IMG/VR virus record: IMGVR_UViG_3300028581_000012
Direction: 5' to 3' (one strand)
Length of the DNA stretch: 64,000 nt
Source of the DNA: a virus
Positions 57,688 through 64,000 of this stretch are shown here, piece after piece (position 1 is the stretch's first letter; each line of letters opens with the position of its first letter). A program made the translations under genes and the position numbers. The notes beneath the pieces were generated by a model. The model had not been told where the DNA came from, did not search any database, and saw only the letters and a list, made by a program, of their open reading frames with translations.

Positions 57688-59871
57688 GTGAAAATAAATT
57701 TATTATATATTACTCCACATTTATCTACTGGCGGAATGCCTCAATTTGTTTTGAAAAGAATTCAATCTTTATCTAATAATTTTAATATAAAACTTGTTGA
57801 ATATTCTTTTTTTGGTGACAAATATGTCGTTCAAAGAAATAAAATAATTGATATTATTGGTAGAGATAATTTTTATTCATTGGGTGATACAAATGACATT
57901 GAAAAAAAATATCAAGTTATTGATATACTTAAACAAAATAAAATAGACATTGTTCATATCGAAGAAATATCTGAAGGTTTTGAAAGTTTTAACAAAATAC
58001 CAACTACCATATTAAATGAATTATATAACAATAACAGGACATGGAAAATTGTTGAAACTTGCCACAATGTTTGGTTCAACCCAAAAAAAAGAAAATTTCA
58101 TCCTGATTCATATTTGTTTGTAACTCCTTATCATTTAAAAACATTTGAAACTGAAAATGTTTATAAAGAAGTTTTGGAATATCCAATCGAAAACAAAAAA
58201 CCTTCACTTGTTGAAAAATTAGAATCAAGAGTCAATTTGAATTTTGATTTGAAAAAAATTCATGTTTTGAATGTTGGATTATGGACGGAAGGAAAAAACC
58301 AAAAAGAATCAATTGAAGTCGCTCGAGTTTTAGAACAGACGCACCCTTATTTACATTTTCATTTTGTTGGAAACAAGGCTGAAAACTTCGAATCTTATTG
58401 GAAGCCTTTAATGGATAATTTGCCATCAAATGTTACAATTTGGGGTGAAAGAAATGATGTTGATTCTTTTATGATTGCGTCAGATATTTTAATGTTTAAT
58501 TCAACTTATGAATGTAATCCGTTGGTTTTGAAAGAATCGATTTCTTATGGTTTAAAAATTATAGCAAGAAACTTACCACAATATATGGCAATTTTCGATA
58601 AATATATAACACCAATATCTGATAACAATATTATACATATTTCTAATTTATTAGTTGATGTAACGAAGTCTAAAACATCTTATATGGTTGAGTATGATAA
58701 TAGTTTTTCAAAAAAGTTAATTGACTATTATTTTAATGTTCAAAATTTAAAATTTCAAAAAAATAATCTACATCAAAAAGAAATTAACATAAATCACCAT
58801 TTTGTTTTAAATCCATTTATAGAAATACTAACTAATGATAATTCAATATATGAAGTTAATTTTTATGATGATAATCATAATAGAGTTTATACAAATAAAA
58901 TAAAAAACAATTCTTGGGTTAAATTATATCGACAATATTACACAAAGTGGAAAACAGAAATAAAAGAAAACGGTCAGGTTATTTTTTTTGATGATTTAAA
59001 TTTAGAAAACAAACGAGTTTATATTTCTTTTGAATCAAAATCTTTGGGGGACACATTGGCTTGGATTCCATACTGCGAAGAGTTTAGAAAAAAACATAAT
59101 TGCAAACTTATTGTTTCGACTTTTTTAAATGATTTATTTGTTTATAGGTATCCCGAAATTGAATTTGTTGAGCCAGGAAGTCCTGTTTTGAATGTATTTT
59201 TGCAGTATCAATTAGGTTGGTTTTATAATCAAAATAATGAATTTGATTCTAATAGACATCCTAATGACTTTAAACTACAACCTCTACAAAAAACTGCAAC
59301 AGATATATTAGGTTTAGAGTATGAAGAAATAAGACCAAGACTTAACCTTCCTAAGGTTTCAAAAAAGAAAAAAGTTGGCATTGGGTTTCATTCAACAGCT
59401 CAGGCCAAATATTGGAACAATCCAAATGGTTGGCAAGAAGTTGTTGATTATTTAACATCTAAAGGGTATGAATGTATGATTTACTCTAAAGAAGGTGATG
59501 GATACATGGGAAATAATTATCCAAAAGGAGTTACCATATTTAGTGGTGGTAATTTAAAAGAAGTAATAGGTGATTTATTGAGTTGTGAATTTTTTATAGG
59601 TTTAGGTTCAGGACTTTCATGGTTAGCTTGGGCTTGTAAGTTACCGGTAGTTCTCATTTCGGGATTTAGTGAAAAATTCGCTGAAACAAAATTAGATACG
59701 TATCGAGTTATTAACGAAGATGTATGTCATGGATGTTTTAATAAAGAAAGATTAAATGCTGGTGATTGGAATTGGTGCCCATTACATAAAGGAACTGAAC
59801 GACAATTTGAATGCACAAAAAAAGTTAATTCTGAAATGGTAATTGAAAAAATAAAAAGTTTTATTCGTTAA
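57688..59871 (+). CDS. GT4 glycosyltransferase fused to a TibC/Aah-type (BAHT) autotransporter heptosyltransferase-like domain
   Basis: N-terminal PHLSTGGMPQF, KNQ, ECNPLVLKE; C-terminal SLGDTLAW, FIGLGSGLSWLAW, LISGFS, CHGCFN...WCP...QFECTK. Confidence 0.8.
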   Translation: MKINLLYITPHLSTGGMPQFVLKRIQSLSNNFNIKLVEYSFFGDKYVVQRNKIIDIIGRDNFYSLGDTNDIEKKYQVIDILKQNKIDIVHIEEISEGFESFNKIPTTILNELYNNNRTWKIVETCHNVWFNPKKRKFHPDSYLFVTPYHLKTFETENVYKEVLEYPIENKKPSLVEKLESRVNLNFDLKKIHVLNVGLWTEGKNQKESIEVARVLEQTHPYLHFHFVGNKAENFESYWKPLMDNLPSNVTIWGERNDVDSFMIASDILMFNSTYECNPLVLKESISYGLKIIARNLPQYMAIFDKYITPISDNNIIHISNLLVDVTKSKTSYMVEYDNSFSKKLIDYYFNVQNLKFQKNNLHQKEININHHFVLNPFIEILTNDNSIYEVNFYDDNHNRVYTNKIKNNSWVKLYRQYYTKWKTEIKENGQVIFFDDLNLENKRVYISFESKSLGDTLAWIPYCEEFRKKHNCKLIVSTFLNDLFVYRYPEIEFVEPGSPVLNVFLQYQLGWFYNQNNEFDSNRHPNDFKLQPLQKTATDILGLEYEEIRPRLNLPKVSKKKKVGIGFHSTAQAKYWNNPNGWQEVVDYLTSKGYECMIYSKEGDGYMGNNYPKGVTIFSGGNLKEVIGDLLSCEFFIGLGSGLSWLAWACKLPVVLISGFSEKFAETKLDTYRVINEDVCHGCFNKERLNAGDWNWCPLHKGTERQFECTKKVNSEMVIEKIKSFIR

Positions 59872-59995
59872 AATTAACTAATTCTATTGGTACACAGATT
59901 ATTCCCTGTTCTGTAAAAATGTGAATAAATATATCATCCACAGGTTCCCATTTTTCAAAAATATAAGTAATTCCATTAACTGTGACGTTATTCAT
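59861..59995 (-). CDS. Small hypothetical protein (44 aa) coupled to the fibre gene
   Basis: MNNVTVNGITYIFEKWEPVDDIFIHIFTEQGIICVPIELVNFNE; its ATG overlaps the last codons of the fibre gene. Confidence 0.4.
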   Translation of the reverse strand: MNNVTVNGITYIFEKWEPVDDIFIHIFTEQGIICVPIELVNFNE

Positions 59996-62129
59996 ATATT
60001 TGGACAATTACTCTTTTATGACCTAAATTGTCGGGGGTTGTAGTTGAGTTTTGAACCGCGAATAATAAATAATTATCAATCGCAGGATTAAATGAAACTA
60101 AAGTTCTTGTCCCTGATGTTAAATCAGTACTTATCCCGTTTGATGGATTATATACATATAAGTTAGTTTCATCAAAAAAGAAATTCCTCTCAAATCGTTG
60201 TATATAAACCGATGAGTTCATTGCTCCGGCGGTTCCCATTAATGTCGCGCCCGATAAACTATTAGTTGTATTTATATAAATCCTACCCGTTGATGTGGTA
60301 GAACCCGAAGTTTTAGTTAGTAAATTACGAATATAAATCGAGTTATTAGTTGAAATGGTGTTTGCAGGTATCAATACGGTTGCACTAATTTGATTGGAAG
60401 TACCAATTAGATTTCTACCCACAACACTTGATAAAGTCCTTGGGTCAGAATTTATATTTCCTGAACCAAGTAAAGTGACATTATTCAATGTCTTTATGTT
60501 AGTTCCACTTAACAATGTATCCTGTTTGTCATCTAATGCATCTTGTAAGTCAGTCTGTGAACTAATCTTTCCTGTTATTGACCCCCATGTAGTCCCACTT
60601 GACGATGTTCCACTAGTACCATCAGTGCCCGATGTTCCCGATGAACTCATTAATTGCCAATAAAGTGGTCCATCTCCATCATCTGGATTGATGTCATAAT
60701 TTGTCTGTATACATATGTAAGAACTACCATTAAAGAATATAACATCGTTTACTTGATATGTTGTGGTGTTGTTCCAATTTCCTGTCCAATTAAAAGATGT
60801 TCCATCATCACCAGCTTGAGACATTAAAGCCCAACTACTATTAAGTGGAGGTGGTGGAGTTCCTAAATTACCATTTGTTAATGAAATGTAAGAACTACCA
60901 TCATACTCAACAACATCATTAATGTTGTAAGTGACTGCAAAGTTCCATGAACCATTCCAATTAAAAGACAAACCACTAGTTCCATCTGTTCCTGACGTTC
61001 CGTCAATTCCATTAATACCTGAAGTTCCATCTGTTCCTGACGTTCCCGATTGTGACATTAACCCCCAAGCAGTTGGGCTTCCAGGTGGTAGATTACCAAT
61101 ATTACCATTGATTAATGAAATGTAGGAACTTCCATTAAACTCAACCGAATCGTTTACATTATAAGAAATTGTAAAATTCCAAGACCCGTTCCAAAAAATT
61201 GAGATTCCATCTGTACCAGACGTTCCGTCAATTCCACTAGTCCCATCTAATCCATTAACACCTGAAGTTCCATCTAATCCATTAACACCTGAAGTTCCAT
61301 CTGTTCCTGACGTTCCGTCAATACCATTAACACCTGACGTTCCGTCAATTCCATTAATACCGCTAGTTCCGCTTGAACCTGAAGTTCCATCGGTGCCAGA
61401 AGTTCCACTACTACCACTTGTCCCGTTTGTTCCCGATGAACCTGATGTTCCATCTGTACCACTAGACCCATTGGTTCCATTAGTTCCGCTTGAACCGCTA
61501 GTTCCATTGGTTCCTGAAGAGCCGCTAGTTCCGTTAGTTCCCGATGACCCCGATGTTCCATCTGTACCTGAACTACCACTTGAACCCGAACTTCCTGACG
61601 TACCATTAGTTCCCGATGAGCCGTTTGTACCACTACTACCACTCGAACCTGAACTACCATTGGTTCCATTTGTACCACTACTACCTGATGTTCCATCTGC
61701 ACCACCACTTCCTGATGTTCCGTCCGTACCAGAAGACCCTGATGTACCTGAACTTCCATTAGCCCCATTTGTACCGCTAGTTCCGTCCGTACCGGATGAA
61801 CCATTAGTCCCATTTAACCCACTACTTCCCGAGGTTCCACTACTTCCATTTGTACCATTAGTACCTGAACTTCCACTAGTTCCAGATGAACCACTTGAAC
61901 CATTAGTCCCGTTTATACCACTAGACCCATTTGTTCCTGAAGTACCATTTGTACCGCTTGTGCCGTTAGTGCCTGATGTACCACTACCACCTCCACCACC
62001 TGAAGTTAATATTGTATTTCCATTTTCATCCACACCCAAAAGATTCACGGATGAACCACTTGATAGGCCTAAAAACTGTATTGTTCGACCACGGTTTACA
62101 ATTAAATCTATGTATTTTTTCTTCAACAT
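59988..62129 (-). CDS. Collagen-like Gly-X-Y (Ser/Thr-rich) fibre protein with three CBM5/12-like repeats
   Basis: About 260 aa of GTS/GSS/GTN/GTD triplets, then three W-x-G-x-W...Y-x-x-ND-x-(V/I)...GSSYI modules and a C-terminal beta-rich domain. Confidence 0.75.
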   Translation of the reverse strand: MLKKKYIDLIVNRGRTIQFLGLSSGSSVNLLGVDENGNTILTSGGGGGSGTSGTNGTSGTNGTSGTNGSSGINGTNGSSGSSGTSGSSGTNGTNGSSGTSGSSGLNGTNGSSGTDGTSGTNGANGSSGTSGSSGTDGTSGSGGADGTSGSSGTNGTNGSSGSSGSSGTNGSSGTNGTSGSSGSSGSSGTDGTSGSSGTNGTSGSSGTNGTSGSSGTNGTNGSSGTDGTSGSSGTNGTSGSSGTSGTDGTSGSSGTSGINGIDGTSGVNGIDGTSGTDGTSGVNGLDGTSGVNGLDGTSGIDGTSGTDGISIFWNGSWNFTISYNVNDSVEFNGSSYISLINGNIGNLPPGSPTAWGLMSQSGTSGTDGTSGINGIDGTSGTDGTSGLSFNWNGSWNFAVTYNINDVVEYDGSSYISLTNGNLGTPPPPLNSSWALMSQAGDDGTSFNWTGNWNNTTTYQVNDVIFFNGSSYICIQTNYDINPDDGDGPLYWQLMSSSGTSGTDGTSGTSSSGTTWGSITGKISSQTDLQDALDDKQDTLLSGTNIKTLNNVTLLGSGNINSDPRTLSSVVGRNLIGTSNQISATVLIPANTISTNNSIYIRNLLTKTSGSTTSTGRIYINTTNSLSGATLMGTAGAMNSSVYIQRFERNFFFDETNLYVYNPSNGISTDLTSGTRTLVSFNPAIDNYLLFAVQNSTTTPDNLGHKRVIVQIYE
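61205..62000 (-). repeat. Gly-X-Y triplet repeat tract
   Basis: 9-nt periodicity with varied synonymous codons. Confidence 0.9.
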
Positions 62130-62132
62130 TAT

Positions 62133-62489
62133 TTATCGACAACAAAAATTGATATCAGATATTGATTCTGTTATATTAACATATAATCTTTCTTTTAATG
62201 GTATTTCTATCAATCCTTGACTATTTGTTATAAAAAACGAACCCTCAAATCTACCAGTATCCGATGTGTTTCTTTTTGTAAATTGGTAATATACCGTTTT
62301 TTCAGTAGAGTCATAAATGCAAGTACCTCTTGCAACCTTATAAACGTTTGTTTCAACATTTACCATAGAAAAAAAAATGGTCGCACCACTTAATAAATCA
62401 TCTTTTAGATTATAACTTGTTCTACCATCTTTAAAAATATCGAGGCTTAAAACGGGTAAAGTTGCATTTTTTCTAATAAAAAACTCCAT
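62133..62489 (-). CDS. Putative fibre/baseplate attachment protein (BppU-N-like)
   Basis: FFIRKNATLPVL...VYYQFTKRNTSDTGRFEGSF; TATTTAT-N4-ATG (motif at 62494-62500). Confidence 0.5.
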   Translation of the reverse strand: MEFFIRKNATLPVLSLDIFKDGRTSYNLKDDLLSGATIFFSMVNVETNVYKVARGTCIYDSTEKTVYYQFTKRNTSDTGRFEGSFFITNSQGLIEIPLKERLYVNITESISDINFCCR

Positions 62490-62511
62490 ACTGATAAATA
62501 GTCCATATAAG

Positions 62512-62536
62512 AAAAGGTGTCCTCTCGGACACCTTC
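62512..62536 (-). terminator. Hairpin terminator
   Basis: AAGGTGTCC-TCTC-GGACACCTT with an A tract on the plus strand. Confidence 0.6.
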
Positions 62537-62639
62537 CTTAGATACGAAACACCCCCTTTTCTTTAAAAGTTTATGAAATCTTTTTTTAATTAGACTTCTT
62601 GTTGTTTTTATTTGATTGTGACAACATACACAATATTTT

Positions 62640-63998
62640 TTATAAAAATGTATTCACGATATCCAAAAAGGAATCTTGAACCATTAAACTATCGTATCCT
62701 GATTTAATTAATTTTCTTTTTTCTAATTGCAATTCTAAAAGAAATGTTTTATTTCCAACATCATCTCTTTCTATTAAAGACTCAACGACAAAATCAAATC
62801 TATTATTTATTAATTCTTTTTCAACTAACATTTTAGATTTCATTTCTTTTTGTTCAGTTATGATATTCTTTATTTTGTCGTTCAATTTATAAATATTTGC
62901 GTTTTCTTGAATTTGTAAGTTTAACTCTAAAAATTCTAAATTTGGTGACACATTTGTTAATTGTTTAATATAATCTTTTGTTTTTCTTGATAATTTTTTA
63001 AAAATTCTAGCGTGACAACTTTTTATTTTTTCTTTTTCAACTTTTAACATGTTTTTATCTATGTCGTCAATTGATGTGGTTTTTCTATAAAGAGAAACAT
63101 AAGTTTGGTAATACTTTTCAACAATGTCTTCACATTCTTTTTCTGTAAGTGATGTAGATGTTGTTGTAGTTTGTGTTGTTGGTGATGTGGGTAGTAAACT
63201 TAAAATGGTTTTTTTGTATTCATCTTCTGATATTTCAGTAAAAGTTTCTCCATATTCTTTAAACTCACTAACATATATTAAACCACTAACAATATATTTT
63301 TTATCTTTTATTGAAAACAAGTAACAACTATAGGCGACTTCACCTTTAATTGCTTTTAATACAAAATTTTCATTTTTGTAATATTGATTGGTCTTTAATT
63401 CATCGTATTTGACCCTCTTACCTTTGGGGAATGTTTTAGATGTGTCTTCTGGTGTAAGAATAATGTTTTTATATTCATCTTCAGTTATTTCTTCAAAAAA
63501 TTCACCGTAAAGTTTTTTTAAACCACTTGGTTTTATCCATGCTCGATGTCCACTTCTTTTTTTACCTAAATATTTTTTTTCTTTAATGTTATATAAGTAA
63601 AGTTTATAACGATAGTCAATTTGTATTTTTGTTAAATAGTCATCGTTTTTATAAAATTTTGATGATTCTAAATTATCATAATCAACAACATCGCCAATTG
63701 CCTCATTAATTAATTTTTTGTTAGAAACATTACCTTCTTTTTGTAAAAAGGACAAGAAATCTTTTTTGGACATTATTATTGTAAATTCCAAATCATCTTC
63801 ATTTTTTAATCTAAATTCATACTTTGGTGATTTAGAAAAAATAAATTTTGTATCAACGGTTAATATGTATTCTCCAACCTCAACGTTTTCAAACTCAAAA
63901 AAACCATTTTCATTGGCCTTAGTTTCATAAACAATGCTTTTAATATTTTTGTTTTGAAGTTTTACTGTTGGTAATATTTTTTTAATATTTTTTTTAGC
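62640..63998 (-). CDS. 5'-truncated protein with a carboxypeptidase-regulatory/CnaB-like segment and a tandem duplicated domain
   Basis: The frame stays open from 63791 to the window end (ANENGFFEFENVEVGEYILTV), so the track start is not the true start. Two VxYDxL...FxEIxEDEYK repeats. Confidence 0.6.
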   Translation of the reverse strand, partial: AKKNIKKILPTVKLQNKNIKSIVYETKANENGFFEFENVEVGEYILTVDTKFIFSKSPKYEFRLKNEDDLEFTIIMSKKDFLSFLQKEGNVSNKKLINEAIGDVVDYDNLESSKFYKNDDYLTKIQIDYRYKLYLYNIKEKKYLGKKRSGHRAWIKPSGLKKLYGEFFEEITEDEYKNIILTPEDTSKTFPKGKRVKYDELKTNQYYKNENFVLKAIKGEVAYSCYLFSIKDKKYIVSGLIYVSEFKEYGETFTEISEDEYKKTILSLLPTSPTTQTTTTSTSLTEKECEDIVEKYYQTYVSLYRKTTSIDDIDKNMLKVEKEKIKSCHARIFKKLSRKTKDYIKQLTNVSPNLEFLELNLQIQENANIYKLNDKIKNIITEQKEMKSKMLVEKELINNRFDFVVESLIERDDVGNKTFLLELQLEKRKLIKSGYDSLMVQDSFLDIVNTFL

Positions 63999-64000
63999 CC

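Noticed and set aside
2241-58429. Numerous short antisense or nested ORFs (e.g. 2241, 3969, 24184, 33386, 36685, 43804, 46059, 57374)
   Set aside because: They are nested within well-supported genes and have no recognisable motifs or expression signals.
61274-62220. Pro/Val-rich 275-aa plus-strand ORF and 179-aa alternative-frame ORF
   Set aside because: These are antisense and frame shadows of the Gly-X-Y repeat, which is naturally poor in stop codons.
1-64000. Stop-codon reassignment as seen in some large phages
   Set aside because: Core genes are intact in the standard code, and TAG and TGA end genes at sensible places (TAG at 53750 next to a terminator; TGA at 8083 after the last dUTPase motif).

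Overview
This AT-rich window is a segment of a large T4-like (jumbo/huge) tailed phage genome, not a bacterial chromosome. The host is very likely a Bacteroidota member: there are several TTTG-N19-TAnnTTTG promoters, A-rich start regions without Shine-Dalgarno sites, a Flavobacterium-type bS21 and a tmRNA whose tag resumes on Gly. Layout: (1) 1-4.3 kb, putative late/virion genes and a WYL protein. (2) 4.4-22 kb, a homing endonuclease and a large glycosylation island (GT2/GT4, GT10/GT11/NodZ-like transferases, Gmd, DegT aminotransferase, acetyl- and methyltransferase) with an exonuclease, dUTPase and PhoH. (3) 22-30 kb, a gp55-like sigma factor and baseplate/virion genes. (4) 30-44 kb, the head and packaging core: major capsid, scaffold, prohead protease, antisense bS21, portal with an HNH-type intein, and TerL. 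(5) 44-53 kb, nucleotidyltransferase and KTSC, then DnaK, an N-domain-less ClpC, a peptidase, tmRNA and a GIY-YIG endonuclease. (6) 53.4-57.2 kb, a thrice-repeated cassette pairing a host-promoter-driven exported/membrane gene with a convergent late gene that has a conserved putative capsid-targeting leader and a variable body. (7) 57-64 kb, a DenV-like glycosylase, a GT4-TibC/Aah heptosyltransferase fusion and a Gly-Ser/Thr-repeat fibre. The best candidates for undescribed biology are the paired cassette array, a TATTTAT late motif that often sits exactly 4 nt before ATG (possible leaderless late mRNAs), and the heptosyltransferase-fibre pair. All family calls come from motif recognition by eye; no database searches were run.
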